Shown here: positions 1 through 12,280 of the stretch, in pieces
Layout: each line of letters opens with the position of its first letter
How positions within the stretch are numbered: position 1 is the first letter of the stretch
NCBI RefSeq assembly: GCF_006345805.1
Contig: NC_043005.1
Span: 82,522,001 to 82,586,000, forward strand
Length of the DNA: 64,000 nucleotides
Direction of reading: 5' to 3'
DNA from: Octopus sinensis
Lineage: Eukaryota
Translations under genes and position numbers: made by a program
The notes under the pieces: model-generated
What the model saw: the letters and a program-made list of their open reading frames with translations, nothing else
Database searches by the model: none
Told to the model about the DNA's origin: nothing

Positions 1-340
1 ACTCAAACCCATATAGCAATGTTATCTGCGCCAGCTCTAAAAGGTCATTTTGATAGAAATTACTCTCATATTTCGGATATTGTATTCATTGCTGACTACG
101 TTAATTACTAGAAAATGAATCATATCCTACCTCCTTGAAAAGGGGTGGGTGAGGTGTTGCAGATGTTACAGAATGATTCAGAACACCCTTTAACGTCTAA
201 ATGATAATTACAATATTCATTTTTGATTTTGTAAGAAATTTTTCTGCAAATTATTTTAACACACTTCGATCGACTTGAAGGGAATATTTTTGTAATATCT
301 ATGTCTGTGTGTATCTACCTATCTATCCATCCATCTATTT

Positions 341-348
<8 letters not shown>

Positions 349-402
<54 letters not shown>
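349..402. repeat. (CA)n(TA)n compound microsatellite
   Basis: Directly visible dinucleotide run; explains the HTHT/YIYI ORF at 301-549. Confidence 0.95.
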
Positions 403-407
<5 letters not shown>

Positions 408-1273
408 TGTTCTGTTTATGTATGTCTGTCTATATCTGTTTATCTATGTATGTATATACATGGTGAGAAAACATAATGCACGAACTAGTTCAAATTTTAT
501 GGAAGCGAGAAATATATTAGAACTTTTCTCACCGTCTTGCCCTTCATAAAACATTCAAGTGATTTTCAGAGTAGCTCAATTAAGGATCTGCTTAGCTCTA
601 AAACGTCAAACCATCGGAATGGAACACAGAACAATTAAACGTAAAAATCTATTTGATAATTAAACCTAAAAATCACGCAGACATCTGACATTACTCGTAA
701 ATGATACAAGAAGCCATTTGTAGACACCGTTTAATCCACTAAACATCAGACTTTATAATCAGAGCTAAAGGCAGGTACATGAAAACTGAAACCTGCTAAA
801 TTGAATTATGAATCACCTGGTATAGAAAATATTCTGTGTGGTTTCTAAAGACATATCATAAAAGTGATTCATTCAAAAAACCTCACAAAACTATGCCTTT
901 GTATAGAATATACCAACAGCAAGGATAAGTAACTCGTTACAAGATAATTGTATTTCTTGCAGGTCCATTTCCAAAATAGTAACTAGCGACGCTCCTCTAC
1001 ATGCCTTACGTCCGTTTCGTTTACATAAAGTCGGGAACATGATTTATGTTCTACCAATGCCAATGCAGTTGTTTTCCTCTCAAATCAACTAAATGTTCTC
1101 ATTGGTTCCCATAAACTACTCTTGTAATCTCATGTCACTGACATCAATACTTAATTTCAACGAGAAAGCAGGATTGTAATGTAACTACATTTCAACTTCT
1201 ACATAATTTTTTAGACTTAAATCATACTTCATCTTCGTCTTTTTATTCTTTACTTTGCTTTCTTTCCGTCTCT

Positions 1274-1321
<48 letters not shown>

Positions 1322-1384
1322 ACCTTGTATTTAATCCTGACTCTTTTTCTTTCCCAACAATATAGGTACACAGACCTTATGAAA

Positions 1385-2463
1385 ATGATAACAACCAAAC
1401 TATGTTGAGTGATTTTCTCGTATGAGTACAAACTGGGTCACTCTGCCGCAGAAGCTCTACGGAATATCAAGCGGGCCTTTGATAATGGTTTAGTTGACTA
1501 TTCAGAGGTGGTTCCAAAGTTCTCGTTCAGGAGATGATAGTCTTGAATATAAATCAAGGGGGAGGCCAAAATCAGTTATTCGGCATAATGGATTAAATGC
1601 TTTTAGTTGAACAAAATCCAAGAACAAAGGTTAAAAAACATACATCACAACTCCAAACATCGCGCACAAATATTTTTGGACACCTCTATAAAATTGGAAA
1701 TGTCGAGAAAACGGATAGATTTGTTCCACATCAACTGAACGAGATTCAGAAAAAAACAGAAGCCTCGAAGTGTGCCCCTTAATGCTTTACGACTGGAAAA
1801 AAGACCATTTTTGCATCATATCGTTACTTGTGATGAGAAATGGATACTCTTTGACAAGAGCAGGGGAACAGGAGTGATTAGATGAGGAGAGTCACCTAAA
1901 CACTACCCAAACCCACTATTGCACCCTAAGGAGTTAGTGGTCACTGTATGGTGGTCTCCGAAGTGAGTTATTCATTATTCATTTCTGCAACAAGGGAAAA
2001 CGGTAACACAACATCGTATTGCCAGGAAATTGCTTGTATGCATGAACATTTGAAAAAGAAGCAACCCAGACTATCGAATAGAGATGGCTCAATTTTGCTC
2101 CACAACAATGCACGCCATCACACTCCTCAACTTGCAAAGCCTGAATTATGAGATTTTGCAACATCCTCCCTATTCTCTTGATATCTCTCCTACTGATCAT
2201 CACTTATTTAAGCATTTTGATATTTTCATAAGCAATAAAATATTCTTAAATAGAGAAAAGGTAATTGAAGCATTCCGACAGTTTTTCAGAGCAAAAGATG
2301 AATTTTCTTTTAAAGGTAGAATATATGACATCGACAAAACGTTGGGTAAACGTCATAAATGAACATGGATCATACTTTGATTAAATAAATCAGTTCTTTA
2401 ACACTTCTGAAACATTTTGCTGTTAACTTTCAAGTATGACATTCCACGTGAAACAGACTAATA
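1385..2463 (+). mobile_element. Degenerate mariner (Tc1/mariner, DD34D) transposon
   Basis: Frameshifted translation gives YEYKLGHSAAEALRNIKRAF (N-terminal HTH), VTCDEKW, VVTVWWS, LLHNNARHH (for LLHDNARPH) and HPPYSLDISPTDHHLF (for YSPDLAPSDYHLF); TIR-like 3' end ...AAACAGACTAATA; contains stops and frameshifts. Confidence 0.92.
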
Positions 2464-2480
2464 TATATATATTATATATA

Positions 2481-4310
2481 CTAAGGCACCCGTTAAACGA
2501 TGTGTAGTTTAATGTCTTATTTTTTCTCATGCATACCCAAAAGTAATTGAAATATCAATAACCAGTTTTACATATATTTACATAAATCTCTCTCTATATA
2601 TATTATACAATTTTATCAAATATTTTATACACACAGGATAAATCCATGACAAAATAATAAATAATAAATATAAGTAATTATCAGCAACTGCTCAAGAGCA
2701 ACTGTGTTCGCAGCCAAATGCATACCTGGCTTCGATACTACACTCTCGATCCTAAGCAGTTACATTTAGAAACAATATAGTTATAATCAGCAATATACTG
2801 CAACTGCTCAGGAGCAAGTGAGTGTGTTTGCAATCAGTGCAAAAATTGTTGATGCACTCCTGACTTTGATACTGCACTTTTCTGATCCCGAGCAGTTACA
2901 TTTGAAAATAAAATGAAAATAGAATGTGCACTTATTGAAACTCAGCTTTAAACTCTTTGTTTTGAATAATTAATCCGCAAATCTCCATATAACATATTAA
3001 TATTGCAATATTTATATACTGAACATGTACAATGTAATCTTGATATATAAGATATATATACAGGGAGGTTTTTAGATTTAGACAACTTCAGTAGATACGT
3101 TTCTAGTTAGCTTCTGTATATTATGATGGCCCCGACGTCTAGGATTTGCATTGTAATTGAAGAACCCATTTTGGTCAGCATATATTCTTATCTTGTCTGG
3201 GTCTCCAACTCTGCTGATAGCAACGTAGAACTGACCGTGAGTGAAAACTGGATTTGGTAAGTAACTGCCACATTTTGACAGACTCTGTCCTTGGTTTTTG
3301 TGTATGGAAATTGCAAAAGCCGTTCTTATTGGAAATTGGTGTCTTTGTAATGTGAAGGGTAAGTCAGAATGAGAAGACAAACTGATCCCAGGAATCAGAA
3401 CAATTTGTCCCACATCAACTCCAGTCAATTTTTTTGTAGTTATTAGATTGCTATTTGCAGTTATTATTTTATACGTTGTGCCGTTACAATGACCATTTTT
3501 GTGATCAAGATTTCTGAGTAGCATTATTAGTGCTCCAATTTTTAATTTAATCTCATGCGAAGGTAGACCACTGATAGAAATTCTTCTCTTCTTCCCTGTG
3601 ATAAATTCTCTCGTTCCGTGTGATATTGTTGAGCATCTTGACATAGAATTTCTTCTCTTCTTTCCTGTAATATATATTCTCTTGCTACTCTATGTTGTTG
3701 AGAGCCTTGTAGTAAAATTTCGGAGTGTCGTGCTTGGCTCAAGTTCGCCCACGCTTTTCTCCGTCGTGTTTCTTACAGTTTCCTTCTTACTCTTTCTCTT
3801 TTACTTGTTTCAGTCTTTTGACTGCGGCCATGCTGGAGCACCGCCTTTAATCGAGCAACTCGACCCCGGGACTTATTCTTTGTAAGCCCAGTACTTATTC
3901 TATCGGTCTCTTTTGCCGAACCGCTAAGTGACGGGGACATAAACACACCAGCATCGGTTGTCAAGCAATGCTAGGGAGACAAACACACACACATATATAT
4001 ATATATATACGACAGGCTTCTTTTCAGTTTCCGTCTACCAAATCCCCTCACAAGGCATTGGTCGGCCCGGGGCTATAGCAGAAGATACTTGCCTAAGATG
4101 CCACGCAGTGGGACTGAACCCGGAACCATGTGGTTGGTTAGCAAGCTACTTACCACACAGCCACTCCTGCGCCTATGTTTATGTTTCTTACAGTTTCTCG
4201 TCGTTTACTGCTCAATCTTCGCCTCTCCTGTTGACGAAGTCTGGCTGCTGCTCTTCTTTTGTTAGCAATATCAGTACTCATAAGGGGATTTTGGTAGTTA
4301 CAAAAAATAA
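2481..4310 (-). mobile_element. Internally deleted Helitron (N-terminal low-complexity repeats fused to PIF1-like helicase C-terminus), interrupted by a SINE
   Basis: ORF 3078-3644 has GLPSHEIKLKIGALIMLLRNLD..CNGT, QFPIRTAFAISIHKNQGQSL and VFTHGQFYVAISRV, which are Helitron helicase motifs; RENLSQ.RREE repeats at 3560-3760; hairpin CGTT-T-AACG then TTAG|T 3' end at about 2481 on the minus strand. Confidence 0.85.
3783..4181 (-). mobile_element. tRNA-derived SINE, family A (octopus-type, CORE-like CCTTGGGCAAGT segment)
   Basis: Minus-strand head GGCGCAGGAGTGGCTGTGTGGTAAG..GGTTCAGTCCC (A/B-box-like); 16-bp TSD TGTTTCTTACAGTTTC at 3767-3782 and 4182-4197; many other copies in the window. Confidence 0.9.
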
Positions 4311-4319
4311 GAAAATGCG

Positions 4320-5940
4320 CGTTTAAGAACACTAAACATTCCTGAACTGATTCCCTGACATCAAATAGCAATAAATGCACACACTCATCCCAATATTTCT
4401 CTGTCTCAAAGCAATAATTCTTGATCACACTCTTCAAGGTTTGATGAAATATCTCTAAGGCGCCCTGTGACCCAGGATTATAAGCACATGACTTAACTTG
4501 CTCAATAACCAATTGGTACATGACTTGTTGAAACGCCTTAGACATGAAATTTTAGCCCTGATCATATTGAACATTTGGCAAACCAACTAAGGTAAAAAAA
4601 CACAAAAACTTGATCAAAGCCTTGACAATCACAGGAGGGACAATCTGACCGTGGCGCACATGGCAGTGAGAAGATACTGATTACCAGACTCAGTCTCAAG
4701 TAGTGAAACAACACAATCAATGATAACTCTCCAAAAGCCTGTATAGATTTCAAAGAGAGGAAGGAATTTTCTGACTTGGTCTTCCAATAACAAATTGGCA
4801 TGCATGACAGGTTTTACAAATTCAGCCACACCTTGACTCAAACTAGGCCAAAAGAAATGTGCCAAAACCTTCTCACAAGTTTTGTTTACACCTAAATGAC
4901 CTGCCATGAGATTTTCATGTGCCAGTGAAAGTACACAATTTCGTAACAATTTTGCTACGAAAATTTGATGATACAATTTCCATTCATCCTCCGCAGGAAT
5001 GTCCGGCGGCCTATATTTCCTCATCAGAAAGCCATCCTTAAAGTAATAATGAACTGGAACCTTGCTGACCTCATCAAAAGCAGCTACCTTATCAGCTAAC
5101 TTCTGCAACTCAACTCCTCACCCTGAGTGGTCACTGTATGTTGGTCTCCGAAGTGAGTTATTCATTATTCATTTCTGCAACAAGGGGAAACGGTAACACA
5201 ACATCGTATTGCCAGGAAATTGCTTGTATGCATGAACATTTGAAAAAGAAGCAACCCAGACTATCGAATAGAGATGGCTGGTACTCCTCTGCCTCTTACT
5301 GTCTCGCTCTGTGTGGGTGTGTCTGTGTGTGTGTGTGTTTCTGTATGTGTGTGAGTGTGTGTTTCTCTGTGAGTCTGTCTGTCTGTGCCTGTGTGTGTGC
5401 CCTGTATCAATATCATCGAAACTCCAATAAGCTGCTCTCTAGAAAGAATGTGATCAACACCTGACACACTTTCAGACTGATCAAGAAGACCTGAAGTTAC
5501 AACCCTTTGAAGATAAGTCATCAGCCTCTACCTTCCATAAAGAATGATCCATGAAAATACCTGACAAATCATAAGTGGAATCATTCGGCAAAGAAGTCCT
5601 TCTTGTGTAGTGACTCGTTCGATGTCGAAAGTTTTACGCTCACTGCACAAGGAGGAAAATACCAGGAAAATGTTACTCCAACTTTTCTATACTAACTGAA
5701 CTCTAGAAAAACAGTGACAATAAGATCAACACCAACTTTGGACCCTATAAGATCATTTCCGATAAACAAATCAACACCCGGAACAGGGAGAAAGTAAAAA
5801 ACACCAACATTCATCTCACCAGGAACAGAAGAATTGCCACCTATACCCTAAATCAAAACATCTGAGTTCGGTGAAAACTCGTCACAAAAAGACAAAATAA
5901 TCCTCTCTCAAACGCCTGCCTTTTTCAAAATTTCGTAATT
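4320..5940 (-). mobile_element. Ty3/Gypsy LTR-retrotransposon remnant (aspartic protease region followed by integrase)
   Basis: Minus-strand LPVPGVDLFIGNDLIGSKV and FPGIFPPCAV (about 5640-5850); KDGFLMRK..LAHENLMAGHLGVNKTCEKVLAHFFWP (HHCC zinc region) and WDECVHLLLFDVRESVQE (integrase core); interrupted at about 5120-5430. Confidence 0.85.
5126..5279 (+). repeat. 154-bp near-identical copy of mariner segment 1936-2089
   Basis: By-eye alignment shows 2 mismatches over 154 bp, and both copies share the same in-frame TGA. Confidence 0.9.
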
Positions 5941-5974
5941 TCTCTTTGCCGATCAAAGCGAATGGGGAGGTAAG

Positions 5975-6837
5975 TCTTTCATTACAATATTATAATTAAG
6001 AAAAATAGTTTCTCATAACACTTGGAAGAGTCCTACTTCTTACACAGGCGATTATATGTTGGCTACTCTAGGGTGAGAAGCAAAAATAATCTATTTGCAT
6101 ATGTTCCACAAGGGAAAGCAAACAATACTGTTTACCAAGAGGTTTTGTAGGAGTTACTAGATCATACGATGCGCTCCAGTATCCACTCCTCTGTGAATGG
6201 TGAAGACGGATACCATCTTGGCATAATACCAACGAACTCCAAGACTTTACCAACAAAGCAGTTTCCTGCCTGGACTTCAGTATCAAAGCATATTCTCCAA
6301 TTACTCCCACCAACCACGTGGTAACCCATTACGCCTTATTTTTTTCAAGTAATTCATTAATATATATTCTCATGTGACTGCGTAAGATCAGCTTGTTTCT
6401 TATTCTACAGCCACACCACCAATACAATACCAACTCTTCGCCTTCTGCAACATTTCAACTGTTCACTTCCCCGTTGCTGTCTCCCATTGCAGCCCCTTTC
6501 CGTAATGTGCCCATTTACGTACAATATCTCCATTACACATACATTCATTTGACTGTCAACCATACGATGAGTCGTGTTAGACGCAGAGCCGGCCGCCGCT
6601 GAAGAGAATATATCTACTTACAGCTTTTAAGTGCGTTCAGAAATCCCATATCTCCCTACCCCAATTTTCCATGACAGATTAGGGCCTGGAATCCTCCCGA
6701 CGGACGCATGACATGTCGCTTAATCAAATTAGCCTATCATTTACTCCACAAATGTTTTGTCGTCAATGCTGCACTTTCCTGTATCGCATACAAACCATGC
6801 CATTTTAATCCTGAGCAACGCCGGGTATCTCTGCTAG
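5975..6837 (+). mobile_element. Internally deleted Helitron retaining a Rep-region motif
   Basis: RSYDALQYPLL (from 6159) frameshifted to GEDGYH; 3' hairpin CCTGAGCAACGCCGGG and terminal CTAG|T at 6834-6838; 5' boundary approximate. Confidence 0.75.
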
Positions 6838-7200
6838 TTATATATGTGCGTGTGGATGGCGAGTAAAAGAATACACACACATGTATGTATATACATATTT
6901 ATACATATTTATGCATTTCTATTTATATATACATAAGCATATTACGTTTATATATATATATATATGTTTGTATACATTCATGTGTGTATTCTATAATTCG
7001 CCATCTACATGTCTTTTCTCCTACTTTTTTCCTTTTGTTTCTTCCCTCCTTCCAATTTCTCCTTGTGATAACGTCATGAAGCCGAAGGAATCGCAGCTGA
7101 CGAGTTCCAAACGATGAGAATATAATAGAATGTTTGAAGACCAAGGCCGACTCTTATTGAAGATTTAATTTCATTTCCACATCTAAAGCAAATATCCATT

Positions 7201-7451
7201 AATGTATGTAAGTATGTGTACATGTCTGCATGTATGTATGTATGTATGTATGTATATATGTATGTGTACATGTCTGCATGTATGTATGTGTACATGTCTG
7301 CATGTATGTATGTATGTATGTATGTATGTATGTATGTATGAGTGTATGTATGTATGAGTGTATGTATGTGTGTGTATATGTACGTATGCATTCATGTATG
7401 TATGTACCTATGTGTGTAATTGTGTATGAGTGCATGTATGTATGGACAGAC

Positions 7452-7538
<87 letters not shown>
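7201..7538. repeat. (TATG)n with short internal higher-order units, followed by (GATA)n
   Basis: Directly visible. Confidence 0.95.
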
Positions 7539-7539
<1 letters not shown>

Positions 7540-8614
7540 GCTGCGTGCGATATTTGTAAGTGTAGGAAACGCCTTTAAATGTTTCCCAAAATGCCAGCTG
7601 AAAGGGAGATAATACGACTGGGACTAATTGGATTGAATCCATAGAAGAATTGGTTGTAGGTTTGACAAGCGCTAAAATAGTTAAGCTGTGACACTTTTTT
7701 TATATTCTTATTGCCAGAAACCAATTATTTTTTATCGATCAGAATATAGGAATTACATCATAGTACAGTTTAAGACAGGGCTTCGTACATCGACATTTGA
7801 AATAGATCTGGATACTTTTACATATTGAGATAAATGTTTGTGAGTGTTTGCTCGGACCTCTATGTATGTTTCTGTTTCATAGACAATATTTTTTGGTACT
7901 GATCTATTTATGAGATACATTGATTAGATATTGTGTCAGTGTCCATGCGAATTTAAAAGTACGTATGTACGTAAATATATAGAAAGGCTTTAAAGAATAT
8001 ATGAAAATATCTATTCGTTAGAATATCGTGTTGCTATTTAAATTTTATTTTTTTGTAATGTGTGTTTATATTGAGAGATTTTCAATCCTGCGATCCCTTA
8101 CAAAGGCATCCCAACAAGCTCTCTCTTCCTCGTGCTCCTCTGCCCCTAACTGTCTCGCTCTATGTGTGTGTGTCTGTGTGTGTGACTCTGTTTCTCAGTG
8201 AGTCTGTCTGCCTGTGACTGTGTGTGTGTCCTGTATCAATATCATCGAAAATCCAATATATTCCTCAACAGTACATCAAATCGCTGCACAATGAACATCA
8301 TTCTAATTCAATTTATTTTCTGAAAAGTCTGTCGTCACCACAGTGTACTGACATTGTAATTTTCATATCCTACATACTGGAGTTACATTCAAACACACAG
8401 ATATGCTCATATACACAAGCAGACATGCACGCGTACAACATGTGTGTATCTAGGTATATACATATATGTGTCCGTACATGTCAGTGTGTGTGTGTCTGTA
8501 CATATATATAGGTATGTACGTATGTATATGTATGTATCTGTGTATGCATATTCGTACGAACGAACGAATGAGTGTGTGTATGTATATATACATACATACA
8601 CACACACACACGTG

Positions 8615-8674
<60 letters not shown>

Positions 8675-9149
8675 TTACATACATACATACAATAATGCAT
8701 AAGTATTAGTATATATCAAGGATGCATATAGTTAAATATTGAGAGAGAACAAGGGATGACATTTCGAAGAGAAGAGGATGAAAGAGGACGCAGCTCACAC
8801 AGAAAGACAGACAAGTAATGACTTATTGGTGTTGAGTGACACATGCGCCTGTTTTACTTTCTAACGATTGTTGATATATCTCAACATAATCTCACAATTA
8901 ACCTCTGTGTTATAAAAGTTCTTCTTGTCTTTATAGGCAGGCTAGTATGCAATTAAAAGACAGGATTGTGAGGTACAACTGGTGTACGATGGCGAAATAC
9001 TGTGTTCTACTAGCTTCTAAGCAGAATTAATAATATACGCTCACAAACAAACGCACAACGCTATATGAATATATGTTTGCATGATATTTACATCACATAT
9101 TCATAATTATGAATGTGTGTATATGCCTCTCTCTCTCTCTCTCTCCTTT

Positions 9150-9189
<40 letters not shown>

Positions 9190-9190
<1 letters not shown>

Positions 9191-9484
9191 TGTGACCGAC
9201 CAGACCATCAGATGTTGCTACACATCGCTGGTCACAGTGCGTTCGCATTGTTTTAGCCTTCCAATGACGCCACCCCTCTGGCTAAGCGAGCAGGCCAACA
9301 GAAGAAAGAGTGAAGGAAAGAGTGGTTAAAAAGTACAGCAGGGATCACCACCCACTGGCGGAGCCTCGTGGAGCTTTTAGGTGTTTCCGCTCAATAAACA
9401 CTCACAACACCTGGTCTAGGAATCGAAACTGCGATCCTACGACCGCGAGTCCGCTGCCCTAACCACTATGCCATTGCGCCTCCA
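9190..9484 (-). mobile_element. tRNA-derived SINE, family B
   Basis: Minus-strand head GTGGAGGCGCAATGGCATAGTGGTTAGGGCAGCGG..GTTTCGATTCC with A/B boxes; homologous to 19720-20090 and 46996-47294. Confidence 0.85.
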
Positions 9485-9490
9485 CACACA

Positions 9491-9544
<54 letters not shown>

Positions 9545-9640
9545 AAGTTCAGCAAAATTTAGATTCAGATGAATATGGTACTTAAGTTAAAGGCACCAGA
9601 ATTTGGTATGTCATTATCCATATAAATCAGATGGGGAGAT

Positions 9641-9785
9641 TATAATCAAAATAAGCAACAAAGATATCCAAGGTAGTGTAGCACAGTCGTTTTAAACCTG
9701 GTGCAATACTTACATTGTTGAATAAAATGAAGTAGCATGAAACAATTGTAGTACACTACCTTGGATATCCTTGTTGCTTATTTTG

Positions 9786-9791
<6 letters not shown>
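9641..9791. mobile_element. 151-bp foldback/MITE-like element with 40-bp terminal inverted repeats
   Basis: 9641-9680 is the reverse complement of 9752-9791 with 1 mismatch; TA-rich flanks. Confidence 0.75.
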
Positions 9792-9850
<59 letters not shown>

Positions 9851-10148
9851 AATGTACATATCGTGTACATTTAAACACATAAGAGGTATCCGTCATAAGG
9901 ATTCCTTGAACGCTAAAGTCCAAATCACTATTCGGGATAAAAATTCGAAGAGAATGAAAAATAATAACATTTACCATTTATCTCCTGGATCATGATTTCA
10001 GACATTCTTTAGCAAATAAAATAATTTGCTTGGTGTAATCTTCATCAACAGGTACGTCTAGATGAAATATAAGTACGAGGCAAATCCAACATGTGCCTCT
10101 TGCTTATACATTATAATTTTTCAAATCTACCGTGCAATATATATATAG

Positions 10149-10206
<58 letters not shown>

Positions 10207-10269
10207 GTATGTAAATATATATATGTATATATATGTGTGTGCATATATATGTAAATATATACATATATA

Positions 10270-10640
10270 ACAAGCCAAAAAAATGGAACGAGAATGTAAC
10301 AGGCGATAACAAAACATCCGGACAGTTAGATGATGAAAAGGAGAGGACTGCTCCAATCTGGCCGGCCTCCAAGAAAACCTAAGCTAGGAGCACGAGATTC
10401 TTTGGAAGAAATCAAGGGATGTGTACGAAAACAAGGACGAAAAATACGGAGAAATGGTACACAATTACTAATACAAACAAGAAATTAACAAGTGTTAAGG
10501 ACGAATTAAATTAAGCTGGCATGTGTGGAGTGGAGCCCTACGGGAGGAACGTAAGGGACGAAAGTCATGGGAAAGTCATATATGATTCGTCCCAAAGAAT
10601 CAACATTGCTACCTCTAGCGAAAATTATACAGGGGCTTTT
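10270..10640. mobile_element. Probable Penelope-like terminal-repeat remnant
   Basis: Purine-rich repeat resembling Penelope terminal regions; recalled similarity only, no coding motif. Confidence 0.35.
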
Positions 10641-10689
10641 TGTTAGCTTATAATAGAATCGATAAACATTTGGTAGGCAAAAGCCCAGT

Positions 10690-11495
10690 TTCCTTTTCCA
10701 GATAATGTAAGCATGCCACCTAAAAAGAGAGCACGTATTGGAAGAAAGTATTCAGTAGCCGCTAAGGAAACTGAGGATCAGAGGTCCTGTTGGAAAGAGC
10801 TGCCACTCCTAGAGCTGCAACTACTCCACAGCAGCCTGAAACCTATCGAATGTGTGCTGCTAATGGAAGGGCCGCAGAGACCCCACAAAAGAGTGCTCAC
10901 CGTCGAGCACGCAACGCTGTATCCACTTCTGCTGTCAAGTTGGCAGATGACGATAACCATCGGATTGTGAGACATCAGTCCAATGTTCACTGGAAGGCTC
11001 TTGCCTATGGCTATTGGAAGCCATGGAGTAGTCGATGCCATCAAAAGCGCTCAACTATGACCCAGCCGAGGATTACGCCTCTCATCGAAAGACTGTTATA
11101 GCGGGTATGTCTGTTATATATCCATTTTGCAAGGTCCTCAAGTGGGTTGGAGAATTCAGTGGACTATGCTGCTCAAACTGAAAGGTTCACTTGCCTGACC
11201 TGCAAACACTTCTCATCCTTTCCTCTCTTTACTCCTTGGCGATCACCCTGATTCGCAGCAACTTATACAGAAAATTCGTGCTTCCATATATGACAACGTT
11301 CAAAATTCAGAGCCAAACTTATCATCGCATAGGCTCTATTCTTCCTGTCAACAACGCTGAACACCGATTCCTTCAAACTTCATGGGGGATACCGCTCAGC
11401 AAACGGCTCCCTGAGCTCAGGTGGCACCTGGAACAAAGTGAAAGAAATACCACCAAATCAACTTAAACCGTCAAAAGAACGGGTGCATTTGCTAG
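10690..11495 (+). mobile_element. Internally deleted Helitron retaining the RepHel N-terminus
   Basis: MPPKKRARIG start; YDPAEDYASH..FCKVLKW..GLCCSN.KVHLP cysteine region; MTTFKIQSQTYHRIGSILP..RFLQ motif; hairpin CCGT..ACGG and CTAG|T at 11492-11496. Confidence 0.85.
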
Positions 11496-11529
11496 TATTG
11501 ATATATTGACAGATAGATAGATAGATAAC

Positions 11530-11637
11530 TTAGCGGTTCTGCAAGAAGAGACCGATAGAATAATTACTAGGCTTACAACGACTGAAGGCGGTGCTCCAAC
11601 ATGGCCGCAGGCACATGACTGAAACAAGTAAAAGAAA
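11530..11637 (+). mobile_element. SINE family A 3' fragment
   Basis: TAGCGGTTC..GGCGGTGCTCCAACATGGCCGCAG..GAAACAAGTAAAAGA matches the family A tail. Confidence 0.8.
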
Positions 11638-11643
11638 AAAGAC

Positions 11644-11702
<59 letters not shown>

Positions 11703-12150
11703 TCAGACAGACAGATAGATAGATAGACGGACGGACAGACAGACAGACATATGTATATCTACATCTAGAGGTAGATGTACACATACGTGGAAAAAAACAA
11801 CCATCTTTTATGAACCATCTGCCTAGGGACTTTGAGAAATTAATCACTAAAGCGATATCATGATGAATCTCTATGTATTATTTGAATCCAAACATTGGCA
11901 GACCAACAGAGGCTGTCAGCAGTTATTATTTTGTTTCCTTTATTTGTTTAACTATGTTTCTGCTCCGCTGTATTATTTGAAAAAGAATCGTTTAAATTGA
12001 AATATAATTGAGAAAAATAGGAAAAAGTAAATTCTGTTTCATAAATATCGCAGTGTTATGGCTTACAAATTACTGTACAAGTCTATATACAAGACAGTTC
12101 AAAGAAACCTCACAAACAAAACACTTTAAAACATACACACACACACACAC

Positions 12151-12199
<49 letters not shown>

Positions 12200-12237
12200 A
12201 TACATGTGTGTCAGTGTGCGCGAATATACGTATATAT

Positions 12238-12280
<43 letters not shown>

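Noticed and set aside
7570-7690. Minus-strand GILGNI motif resembling GPCR TM1
   Set aside because: A stop follows immediately and the hydrophobic part is in another frame; chance similarity is likely
8910-9020. Minus-strand YFAIVHQL resembling the post-DRY region of GPCRs
   Set aside because: It lacks the DR/ER residues and the conserved Pro, the frame is short, and its order relative to other GPCR-like bits is inconsistent with one gene
9400-9484. tRNA-like sequences here and at about 20020-20090, 38758-38830, 43640-43710 and 47220-47294
   Set aside because: They have A/B boxes but no complete cloverleaf and continue into shared SINE bodies, so they are SINE heads rather than tRNA genes
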